Source: Blepharisma stoltei ATCC 30299 (taxonomy: Eukaryota > Protista > Ciliophora). Taken from it: a DNA stretch of 64,000 nucleotides. Made by a program: the position numbers and the translations under genes. Position 1 is the stretch's first letter, and the number at the start of each line of letters is the position of its first letter. This document shows positions 35,540 through 47,021 of the stretch, piece by piece. The stretch lies in the NCBI GenBank assembly GCA_965603825.1, contig CBFDEM010000005.1, positions 558,001 to 622,000 of the forward strand. Direction: 5' to 3'. The notes below the pieces were generated by a model. The model was given only the letters and a program-made list of their open reading frames with translations, did no database searches and was not told where the DNA came from.

Positions 35540-36943
35540 TTATAACTGCCTTTCATTTCTCATGTCTAGCGCTCTCGCCTGAGCGAACATCTCAATTGTG
35601 CTTTCTAACTCAGACTTATCTCTTATCTGGATATTTAATGGAGACTTAGATTGAGTATAATTCCCGGTCTCTATGGTGCTCGGCTGAATCCCTTCTCTCA
35701 AAGCTTGGAAGAGCTTCATGATTTGCTCAACAGACTTCTTATTTCCTCTATTGCCGCCTATTTTCTGTTCCCAAATTGCATCTTCCAGCTCCTGGAATCT
35801 CTTGGACAGCTTTTCATCAATAACAATTAGCTCTCCTTGAGGGGTTCTCAAAATTGTGGAAAATATATCCATGACTTTTGCAATAATAAAAGGAATACTC
35901 CAAGTGAAAACATCCATGAAATTGGGTAGCATATATGGGTGTTGATTATAGTTGTATTGCTGGATGTTTAAGGTGTTGTTGTCAAACTTGATGATCGCTC
36001 CTTTGTTGTTATAAACGTCACAGTAGTTCGGAGCTGAAAAGATAGTGATCACTGCAGGGAATTCGTTGTTTCCGTTCCAGCGATGCATTTTAAAGCCATC
36101 TGGCTGGGCTTCGTGAGCTCGAATTACTGAAATTAAATCATTTCTGCGCAAGAAGTTGTTCATAGCGTCCATTCCGAAATAAAAACTGCAACCTCTCACC
36201 TCGTTTTTCCTTCAGCCTTCAGGAAGTCTTCCATCAGGGGTGTCAACTGGGTCAGACCATAGAATATCACAATAAAGTCCTTGTTTTGGAGGCTCTATAA
36301 ATCTATTCAGTCTTGTCAAATCTTCAACAGTCCTCAACTCAGGCGAAATTCCACCATGCAAAGCCAGAAACTTCCTATTCACCAAGCAGGAGATGGGAAT
36401 GCAGTCGAAACTCTCCATAATCCTGTCATAAATTTCAGAGTCAAACTTGTATATGCACTCAGTCCTGAAATTGAAATAAGTTGTCATTTGGCGACACTCG
36501 TGGTTTCCTCTGATCATATAAAACGTTTGCGGGAAATTGATTTTAATAGCGTAGAGAAGCATAATGACTTCCATAGAAAAAATTCCTCTGTCTACGTAGT
36601 CTCCTAAGAAGAGGTACTTCGTATTTTCAGGGTTTCCACCAATTTCAAACATTTTGAGCATGTCGTACAACTGACCATGAATATCACCAACAATTGTCAC
36701 TGGATCTTGGAGAAACAACAAATTTTCTTCAGCTCGGAAGATGCTGGATACCATATCGATGATTTGAATAACATCTGCTTTGTTAAGACGGCCTTCTCTC
36801 TGAAAATGAACTTTTAGGGCCTTGTAAGATGGCTTTCCATTGCAATCTTCAGGGAAAAGTAGTTCGTGGGAAAGAGGTCGATGAATGGGAGGCTTCACGT
36901 CTTTCATCACACGATCACCTAAGGGATCTGACAATTGATCCAT
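35540..36943 (-). CDS. CNA1: Calcineurin A (PP2B catalytic subunit), 467 aa
   Basis: GDIHGQ, GDYVDRG, RGNHE, LWSDP, RGCS, RAHEAQ, FSAPNY, CnB-binding FMDVFTWSIPF, autoinhibitory-like FAQARALDMRNER; one TGA=Trp at 36212-36214. Confidence 0.95.
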
Positions 36944-38483
36944 ATTTATATAGTTTTTCTTTTTTATTAGTTTCTTTAACATTAATACATTAATATAACA
37001 TACCATTTAATCAACTTTGAAGGTTCAGATTTAAACTGTTAAGAAATGATATAAAGATAGCTTTTAAATTTAAAGCAAATAATTGTTTGAGCTTCCTTAT
37101 ATATTATTAATCACCAAATGAGAACATTTCGATCAGGTTAATATAATTCTTAAATATTTTAATTTGAAGCTAAGTGAGAAGCCAATATAAATTTAAACAT
37201 TTCTTTATAGAAAGTTTTATTTGAAACGATACCATAAGGACTAATCTTTTATCAAAAATGGTATACATAATAATATAGCTTTTATTTAAGGTAAATTGGG
37301 AAATTGAATATAATCTTCTAATAAAAAAATATTTTGGCATTAATGCTTGATGCACAGAGCAGAATAAAGAAAAGGTTGATTTATAGATGGCTTTCTATGT
37401 TTAGCAATTAAGAATGCTGCTATATATATGAGAAATGGCTGGTATATACCAGTCCCATTTTTAAAGTTCAAGAATTTTCTTCACTTAGGCCAGAGTTATA
37501 CACTGCAAGAGTAGTACTTAAAAAAATTGAATCATAGCATATCTGCTTTGGTTTTGGGAACTCTTCAACTTTCTATAATATTTACAATGAAACTTCATAA
37601 TCTTTCTAATCAAATTCAGAATTTATATAGAAGATAAGCATGAGTAATTAAATGAATGCTCTGAGATTGAGAAGGAAACAGACCTCAATATATAATCATC
37701 AAAAGGTTGATGAGTGAGCTTTAGGGCTTATTATATAAGTATCCAATCAAAGCTAAACATTTAAATATGCAGACTACTTCTCTTATTTCAGTTCCCTCTA
37801 TTTAAAAAATTTCATTTTATAAATTATTAAGAGCAAATTATTGCATATAGGCGAAATAAATTCAACATAATAATTCATAATCATTAAATGGATCAGAGGG
37901 CTAATATAAAGGATGCAAGATACGATATTTGCATGAAATAGGGCTAGTATGTAAATCAAAGAAAAGAACCATCATTTCATATCAATAAGAAATCCATATC
38001 TTCTACAGGTAAAAAATAATTTGCAATAAAACAGTATCAAAAAAATATATAATTGAAATTATGATGTAATATCTGAATCGTATGCAATAAACTAGCATCA
38101 ATAGAGCTAAATTAAATGATTAATTGATCTCTTTCACACAAGTGCACAACAGTAAATATTGGATTACTGCATTAACTATTAAATTCTTTGCTTGCATCAA
38201 TTAAATTTTCCAGTTCTTAAATTACTAGAAAAACGTAAGATTTGATATGCATAATTAAATAGAATTCAATTATATTTTTTATTTGTTTTATTAAAATAAT
38301 TACTAACTGTTTTTTAATTCAATTTTCACAAAAGTTAATTTCAATAATACCGCAATTGATTTTAACAGTTTAGCATTTTTATATGCTCAGTATTTATAAT
38401 GCTAGATGAGATTATTTATTTTTAAGACTTATCATAAGTACTCTGTTATATCCGATATACCCCACTTCTCTCTAGTTCTATAA

Positions 38484-40121
38484 ATGCCGGCTCAGAGGAC
38501 TTGCATTGCTCGAGATTGCTTGAACGAACCCAGATTCACATGCAGCTGCAGCCCAGAAGTTGAAATATGCTTAAAGCATATATATTGGCATTTGCAAGGT
38601 TCTAATATTCCAATAAAGCTTCACTCGTTCACAGAATTAGAAAATTCTAAAACTCCTCTAAAAGTAATAGCTGTTGAATTCTTGGGGAGCTATAAAGCAG
38701 ATCTCAAAAAACTTAAGGAGCTGTATTTCATTAGTGAGAGTGCTAAAGTAAACATAATTAAATCGAAATTAAAGGAATTTCAGGAAAGGCTGAATAGAGA
38801 AGTCGATTCTGTAGAGTCTTTTAGAAAAAGGATTATTAATGCTGATGAATTGTGATTAGAAAAATCACCAACATTAATGATAAGAAAGCTGGCCAAAAAG
38901 GTGAATAAGGATCTTTTCATGCAATGTGATGGTCCTATATTAAGCATTGAAAAAAACTTTTCTGCTAGTTGACAGAGTCAGCAAATAAGAAAGGCAAGAA
39001 AATACAATTCTTTTTCATTAGAGCATTGCCCAATGATAAGCATCCAGAGTCAAACAAGAAAACACAATTATCTTCCAAAGCAACCTCGAAATATTGCTAT
39101 TTCAATTGCAATCATTTTATTATCAATCATTTACTTAAATATAAACTCCACTCCAGAAAGAAGTTTGAAAATTTCAAGTTCTCCAGAAGAAGTTTCAATC
39201 ATTTTTGATCACACTAAAGAGCAAATTGCAAGCCTATCAATAAATCCGCAAAATGATTTAATCGTCAAAGAAATTTTCGAGAGCTTGAAGGTAATCAATG
39301 ATTTTTTTTCACGAGAGTCAAGGAATTTTGATAACTCTACTTTGTGTCACTCTGAATGCTTATCTATATCTCAAGAGCATAAATTTTATTATCGGAAGTT
39401 CTACAATTCATATACCTATGGCGTCTGGAATATTGTGTATAAAGGTAATGGGATTTATATTTTTGATATTAAAGAAGGAGAAAAGGATTATTTTGGAGTA
39501 AGCTTTTTTGAAAATGGAGAAAAATATGTTGGATATTTTACTTCAGGGGATAAAGAAAACACTTTAGGGCTTTACTTTTGAAACAATGATAAATGATATT
39601 TTGGCAATTGAAATAATGGATACGCACATGGGAATGGGTTTTATTATAATAAAAATGAGACTTATCAAGGAGAAATTAAATGAAATGAAATTAAAGGCAA
39701 AGCTCAAAGAAAGTGGTCAAATGGTTCAGCGATTGACGGGACAATAATATCTGGCTGGTGAACTGGAAATGGCATTATATACTTCGCAAATGGCGATACT
39801 TACCAAGGACCATTTAAAGATGGTATGGCCGAAGGCAATGGAAAATATATATGAAATTTAACTAAAATTATCTATGAGGGGTCATTTAGCAAAGGCTTGA
39901 GAAAAGAAGAAAATAAATGATATAGAAATTGCAATGGTAAAATGATAATCGGTAAGCAAGTTTTAGGAAGCAATGTGAAAATAGAATTTAATAGCAGCAA
40001 TGAAGAGTGCAAATACAGTGCTATCTTGGAAGATGCTGGAAAAGCTATAATTATGAATATAGATATAACTGAGCTGTCTTTTAATAAAAATAGACCAATC
40101 GTTAGAAACAGACCTAACTAA
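38484..40121 (+). CDS. Membrane protein: B-box-like Zn finger + coiled coil + TM helix + MORN repeats (545 aa)
   Basis: One frame with 9 TGA. N-terminal C-x4-C-x7-CxC-x6-C-x2-H-x3-H; TM IAISIAIILLSIIYL; MORN repeats such as YQGPFKDGMAEGNGKYIW. Confidence 0.8.
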
Positions 40122-40646
40122 TTAATACAGTTAATAAATTTAACCAAATTAATTGGTTGCAATAGAGTTTAAATCAAAAATAACTAGGTTCGCAAGAAAT
40201 AGTCTATATAATTTATTGAACCCTAATTTTAAGAAAGCTCAATATATTTTAAAATTTTTAAACTTGCCACATACATAATAATATTTGACCTGATAAAATC
40301 ATTTAAATAAGTATCAAATTCTCAAAAATTAGTATACAGTGCAAATTATAATAATATAATTTACTCACAAATCTTTAGTAAATATAAAGTTTAATCTCTT
40401 TAAAGCGTCCTTACTAATAAGCAGATATTCTTTAATTTAATTTTCTTTAACAAATTCCAGCATATTATTAATTATTCAATATTAATTTAACGAATTAAAT
40501 TAAGCATATATAAGTGGGTTTATAATCTGAGTTTAATAAAGAAAACGCAAATGGAATAAATAATATCAATATTTATTATTAGCTGATTTTTTCTATAAGA
40601 ATTTTCATAAATTAATCTTAACAAAGAAAGCAAAGACAAGGTTCAT

Positions 40647-40674
40647 ACCCCAGCAGAGGTTAATATACAGGGGT
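40647..40674 (-). other. Hairpin immediately 3' of the LSU rRNA end (3'-ETS-like), followed by a T-rich tract
   Basis: Minus strand ACCCCTGTA-TATTAACCTC-TGCTGGGGT directly after the ...CGATTTGT LSU 3' end. Confidence 0.5.
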
Positions 40675-40675
40675 G

Positions 40676-41128
40676 ACAAATCGAAGGAAGGAGGCTGGAT
40701 CTCAGTAGATCGTAAGACAAGCTTATTCTCGTACGTACAATCCCTCGTTCCATGTAAGTGGTCTGCAAAAGATTTGTCCCAGTCACTATTTGGTACAATG
40801 AGAAGCCGTCTTCAGCATTTCGCCTGGACAAGGATCTCAGTTGGGAGTGGGATTATGGTTTCCATAGGTGACTGGCGGACGTGCGTTCCAGCATTGATTT
40901 TGACTTAGAGGCGTTCAGTCATAATCAAACAGATGGTAGCATCGCGACACTTCCTTGTCAGGAAATCTCATGAACCAGTGATCTGGCCCAACGGTTCCTC
41001 TCATACTGAGCTTGATTACTGTAGCGACATCATTTCATCAGTAGGGTAAAACTAACCTGTGTCACGACGGGTCTAAACCCAGCTCACGTTCCCATTAGCG
41101 GGTGAACAATCCGACGCTTGGTGAATTC

Positions 41129-41162
<34 letters not shown>

Positions 41163-41209
41163 AATCAAAAAGCAACGTCGCTATGAACGCTTGGCTGCCA
41201 CAAGCCAGT
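40676..41209 (-). pseudogene. 5'-truncated, mutated copy of the 3' ~530 nt of cytoplasmic LSU (28S) rRNA (PTC 3' half, sarcin-ricin loop, 3' end)
   Basis: Minus strand ACTGGCTTGTGGCAGCCAAGCGTTCATAGCGACG...CGATGTCGGCTCTTCCTATCATTG...GAACGTGAGCTGGGTTTAGAC...GACTGAACGCCTCTAAG...GATTTGT. No other rDNA parts nearby; changes at normally invariant positions. Confidence 0.9.
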
Positions 41210-41330
41210 ATCGCCTTCAGTGCTTTCGTCATAGGATTTCCCCGTACTTAATCAGTCCCCCTGCTATCCCTTCTGGATTGCACGCTTACTCCACTTGGAT
41301 AATCAAGAATGTTTACATTACTTGGGATAA
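41210..41330 (-). other. GC-richer structured leader fused to the LSU fragment (candidate 5'-ETS remnant or ncRNA)
   Basis: Hairpins CAAG(T)AATG-TAAA-CATTCTTG and GTA(C)GGG-GAAA-TCCTAT, long-range TATCCC/GGGATA pairing; contrasts with the very AT-rich flank. Confidence 0.45.
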
Positions 41331-41730
41331 TAATAATAATAGCATTTTAAGTAATAATTATGATAATCAATAGATTAGCAATAAATTCACAAATAGTTAA
41401 ATGCCAATCTATATAATTCATCATATCTAAAAGTGTTAGCCAATTTAATAGCGAATCTCAAACTTTAATAATTCTTTAATCTCTAATCTATTAATTATTC
41501 AAATTTACTCGCTAAAAGAGTACATGGCTAAACTCAATTAAAATTAACTCTTAATTGATCTTTTTTAATGCTCCTACTTAAATTTTGGAAAGATTATTTA
41601 CTGGAATTTTATCTAATTTAAATATAAAATAATTATATTCTTGTATTAACTAAGAAGTAAACTATTATGAATAAAATCATAAACTTAAATATAGCTCATG
41701 TGTTTTATTTAAACTTATTCTTGCTTAATA

Positions 41731-43023
41731 TTAATTATTTCTATTGATAGCCTTTTCATAAGCCTTTTTGAATGCTTTTAAATACATGTCTTTATTTGTT
41801 GTTATAAAAAAAGCTTTTTCAATATCATCTTTTAAAATGCTTAAAAACATCTCTTCAAAGTCTGTAGTAGTATTTTCAGCCATTTGTCTTAAAATATCCA
41901 CCGGATGGCTTCTTGAAAGTGTATCAGCAATATTTTCAGCTAATTGGTCTGCATTCCCGCCTTGATTACCTTTATTTTGGTCTAATAATTCTAGTAGCAA
42001 GCTTTCAGTGCTATTGTAGCTTCCAATTTTCATTAGCATTCATCTTGCAACCCTAGGGCTGAATCCAAAAAGACTTGACAGTTTCTCAACCTGCTCGTCT
42101 GATATAAGGTTGTCGCTTTCCATCTCCATTTGTACTGGGAAAATAGCAGGTACTCTGTTGATTGATCCAACCTGAGCCTCTTTTGACTCTTCTTGAATTT
42201 GTATAGGATTTTCAATTTTATTTATACCAACTATTTCTTCATTTTGAATTTTTGAAATTGTTTCCTGTATTTTTTCAGTTTTATTTTTGATATCTTTGAT
42301 ATCTTCATCGATTTTGGACAATTTGGCCTCATTGTCCATAAAAGACTTGTTTTGAATGTCAAATTGCTCTTGGATTAAGGCAGGATCAAAAGCATTTAGA
42401 CAAATATTTCTTTCTTCAAGAATTTGGAGCCTTTTATTAAGTCTTTTATTTTCATTTATCAAATCACTGATTTTTTCATTTAATTCCTTTGAAATTTTTT
42501 CTGTTATTAAATGCTCCAGATCACCATCCAAAACAGCATAAAATCGAATCTTATCCTTTACCTTGATCTTGCTAGTTTCATTTGCGACAATTTTTAAGGC
42601 TTCATCTGGTGTTTGTAATAATGATAATAGGACATCATTTTTCTCGAAGACTGAAATTTCAGCTGTCTGCATTACTTTAGCAATTAGGTCTTGGCAATAA
42701 TTTATACCACTATCTATATTCCTTATCCCTTTCTCAAATGAATTCTGAGACTGAATATAGACTTGAGAGTATTTATTTAGGGTTTCTCTTTTTATGGCTT
42801 CAAGCTCATTTGCCTTTCGAGAAAGTGAATCAATCACCCAAGTCTTTGTTTCTGCAATAGGCGCTTTATATATTCTTTCTATTTGATGAGTGTTTTGCTT
42901 CTCGCTCATGTGGTTGTTTATATGATTTAAACAGAATAAGCCTATCTGAGGAGCACATTTGCATATCCATTCCGCTCGATTTAAGCATTTTGGATAATAA
43001 ATACACATATATGCCTCCGTCAT
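41731..43023 (-). CDS. B-box-like Zn finger + coiled-coil protein (430 aa)
   Basis: C-x5-C-x7-CxC-x7-C-x2-H-x3-H at the N-terminus; two track ORFs join via TGA 42040-42042. Confidence 0.8.
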
Positions 43024-43284
43024 GATAATTAATATTAATTCTATAAATTTTATTATTGTGAAAGCCGGTCACTCGTCTCTTATAGGCTGGAATATTAATT
43101 TTAAACTTCTATTTTGGGATATTAATTATTGCACAATGCTAGATTCCAATTAGGAAAAACGAAACTTGATGGCCTTACTTCAGAAAATCTGGATTTTATC
43201 ATGAGAGACTGTTTAGTTCTTCATTGAAATCAGATTATTTTAGTTATGATTTTTATGAAATTGGTATAAGAAATATTAAAAACA

Positions 43285-46200
43285 ATGAGCTTAATTACAG
43301 CTGCAAAAGCCACTCTTCTTATAAGCCAAATAGAGAATGCAAGAGATGAGCTTGAAGAAGGGCTTCGACAAATACATCGTTATTGCTGAGTTCCCAGCAA
43401 TTGCGATTTATTCCTCCATCAGGATATTTTGAGAAGCTTTAAGATCCCAGCAGTTTCAAAAGAACTTTCAAGATTTCCGATCATTGTCGCAGAAATAAAA
43501 GAACACTTATCTCAAACAGAGCAATGAGTTTCTTACATTGCTTACCAAAACGAATTGCTAGGGGAGGCATTGAATTTTATTTTTCATAATATCACAACTA
43601 AGCAGCTTCCTGAAGGAATTTACCCTGCTTTCTCTGATTTGAACTCAGAGTGTAATTTACTTACTCCTGACGATTACAAGCTTATTTCTATATATATACA
43701 GATTTTGATAAATCTTGGCAAATACAAAGAATCAATCCTCAGAGAAATTTCAACTCATAACATTATTCCAAGACTTCTATTTCTGATTGAGAAAATTCCA
43801 GTAAACTTGAGCGATAAAAATTATAGACCAATTACGTATCCTCTGAGAGATTATGCTACAATCTTACTTAATATGCTCTTTAAGCAGCAAGCTATCGCAG
43901 ACAAAGTTTGTAACCATTTAGCTATGTTCAAGTGAATTTCAAGAATAATTAAAAATACAATTGCAAACTCCAGAGAACTGCTTTTAGCAGAAACTCTATC
44001 GTTGCTCAGCTTTTCTCCTAACTTCACACCAGAAATAGACTATGAATTTATAATTAGAGACTGGGTTTATGGAAATTTATGCATGATTTTGATGCCAGAT
44101 CAAAGAACTGATCAATGAAAAACTCTAAACAACGGAAGAACAGACGAAGAATTGCTTAAGCTCGCTATTTTTTTAGTGATTATTTTAGTCAATACAAGTA
44201 AAACTCAAGGCGGGATTGATGAAATCATTGCGTCAATCCACTATTATAATTATGATATATTTTGAAGATTCATTCATTTCTTGCTCCGATTAAAAAAGAT
44301 TGACACAAAATTATGAGTCAAGACTTTAAATCTTGTAAATAATATGCTAAGACATCCCGATTATAATCCTCCATTGTATGCTACACAGTAAAATTTATGC
44401 AGACTATCAACGATTGCTTTTTGTATCCTTGGAAACTTGGATGAAATCTTACTCATATTGTGCTGCAGGACTTTTAAATATTTGGTGTTTACTCTTGAAG
44501 AAAAAGAACTGCTTCTTGCTGTTGCTTGCCAAAGGTAAGTCTTATTTAGAATGAAACAGCCAAGGCACTCTCTTCAGGCTCCTCCTCTTCCAAATTATTC
44601 AACTCTTGATGACTTGAATACCCTCCAGAGGGATACAGAAAAGTTAGCAAAAGAGTGAAACAATTATTATAAGCAGAAAAATCAGCCATGGGAAAGCTTG
44701 CGGCCATTAACATCAACACCTTTAGAATTCAGCTCAAGACAAGAGCGAATCATCCACAAAATAACACAAGAATTCAAGCAATATAGGCTGTTTTTTCGAA
44801 AGCTCCCCTCTCCATGCACATACTGCAAGGATTTGTATGGTCCTCCATTTTACCCTGAAGACACCTTTTGAGGCTATTATTCAGACCCAGAGGACCAAAA
44901 GATCCATGTTTCCACTACCTTGCTTCAATTTATATCAGATATCACAGAGAACGAAAACATGAAGTTTATTTTTGATAATATCATGTGTGTATTAAATGAA
45001 GTTTTATGTATTGGAGACTCTGATATCGAAAACAAGGCGAAATGCGGAATTATCACTTATTATTTGACTTGCACAGAACTCAAAAAAAATTTTGTTCATT
45101 CATATCTTGCATCAGGAATGTTATACTTCCATGAATATTATATGAGACTAGTTCTCAAGTCATTTTCAGGGAGCAGCATAAGCGGAGTAAAATGCAGATG
45201 GGATCCTCAGGACAAATTCTTTATACTTGAAACTGACCCAATGTTTGGTGTGTCTAGCAGAATGAGCAACTGAAATTTGCATATTTTGCATCACCTGTTA
45301 GAACTTCTGACTACAGTTTTGAGACAATCCCCTGAATCCGCTGATGTTTTTCTTAGAAAGCAATGCTCAGGATTTATTTCAATAAACTATGAACTTGTGC
45401 TGAGTTTATATAAACTTGCCAATGATAACTCGCCTCTGCAGTCCCTTGCCCTAGACATTATTGCTAAAACAGAAGAAGTACTCTATGTCTTTATCAGAAG
45501 ATTCCCTTCCCTTTTCTACACAGTGCTAGATTCAGTCATTCTGAATGAGCAGCTTTTTACTGTTTACTCTACAATGACCAAGGATATCCCTTCTCTTCTG
45601 TCAGCATATGCTCACATTTCTACCTTTTACTTGTTTATCACCAAGGACAGTACAAATAAATTGGCAAGGAAACTCATTGGCACTACAATTTTGCCCTTTG
45701 CAACTTCTCTCGTAAAAGTTTTAAGACACCTATGCACAAATATTGAGCAACTAGAAGCAATAAATCCTTATGAGCTCAGAGTGGATCTTGCAATAGCCAA
45801 TATTCTTGAGAGGATAGTCATTGTGAAGTCTGCTCATTATCTTGTATTATCACTAGTTCATTGTTTCAGAACAGACCCTCAATGTATAGAATCTATAAGT
45901 CCTTCGTTTTATGTGAACATGTTTAGTAGGCTGACCACAATTTTGGAATTCGCTGATAAAAATTTTAAGAATAAAAGTGCTTATGAGGATAATTATGCAT
46001 TCCCTGAAGAATTCAAAAACAATGACATTAAATTGATTCCTGGCAGCAGAAACTGGATCGCAGTGGACTTTGAATATGAAGATGAAGACATTTTATTTCA
46101 AATGTATTATTCTTCTATTATGACGTGAGCATGACACATTTCTATGTTTGATCAAAACTGCCAAGGATTAATAGTCCATGATTCAATGAAATTTATGATG

Positions 46201-46959
46201 AGGCTGGCTTTTGAATATGAGCGGTGGGAGATGGATGCTTTTATGGTCACCACTGGGGTAATTTACAATTTCTCAGTCCTTCATCCGAACTCCATGCTGA
46301 ACTGCCTTCCTGTTATAGTAGACATAATAATCAAATTCATTTCACTGATGAAGATCCCTTTAGAAAGCTATTTTCTGCTATTCCAAGTCTTAAGAAGCAT
46401 TCATCCTAAGCTCTCTTATTCTCCTCTTGCACAAAAGCTGCAGATAATAATTGCTCCTTTAAGAGCAATTTTATCCTCTGACTTGCCTATGCTTAAATAC
46501 TATAACTACCCTATGCTGGAAGAAGTTATCCCTCTTGAAAAAGGTCAAATAGCAGTTGGACGTCAAAGACAAGAAAGAATAACTGAAGATGAAACTGATA
46601 TGAGGACGTATTTTCCTTTGCAGTTTTTGCGAGATCTACCTGAAGAACTGTCAAGCACAAGCTACGAAATCTATCCTGGCCAAGCAATTTTTCAGAGAGA
46701 AGCAAAAACAATTATCCAATTAATAACCCCTATATCAAACCACGAATTGATGAAAGGCATTAAAAAGCTGCACCCAGTTCATGCAGAAGGAGACAAGTAT
46801 GTTAGCTACAAAGACAAAAATCGAGATATCTTATTTGGTGCAGGCAAACAAGTGGTTGCTACTAAAACAACTATTTTAGAAAATCACTTTGAGAGCCGTG
46901 TGGACGAAATCTATAAGAAGTTTCTCATTGATAAGTTTGATAAAGAACATCAGCTTTAA
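43285..46959 (+). CDS. Large alpha-helical (ARM/HEAT-like) hypothetical protein, 2 introns (~1214 aa)
   Basis: ATG 43285; single frame with many TGA once introns 44388-44402 and 44535-44549 are removed. Confidence 0.75.
44388..44402 (+). other. 15-nt intron (GTAAAATTTATGCAG)
   Basis: Contains in-frame TAA; fits consensus. Confidence 0.8.
44535..44549 (+). other. 15-nt intron (GTAAGTCTTATTTAG)
   Basis: Contains in-frame TAA; fits consensus. Confidence 0.85.
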
Positions 46960-47021
46960 TTATATTGTAATTTAGGAAATAAATTTTCGAACTTAATTAC
47001 TGTTATAACCAAAACACTACC

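Noticed and set aside
37439-37452. Perfect 14-bp palindrome CTGGTATATACCAG
   Set aside because: Isolated, with no repeat copies or element boundaries; could be chance.
41200-41262. Hammerhead-like CTGATTA...GAAA in the leader of the LSU fragment
   Set aside because: Core is CUGAUUA rather than CUGANGA, and stems I and III cannot be formed around an NUH site.
41205-41330. Group I intron remnant at the L2449 site
   Set aside because: The junction is near that site, but no P7/R-S core motifs are seen, the junction is not G|AACTGG, and no upstream LSU exon is present.
40643-41373. Track ORFs 40643-40831 and 41191-41373
   Set aside because: They overlap rRNA-derived sequence and are chance ORFs.
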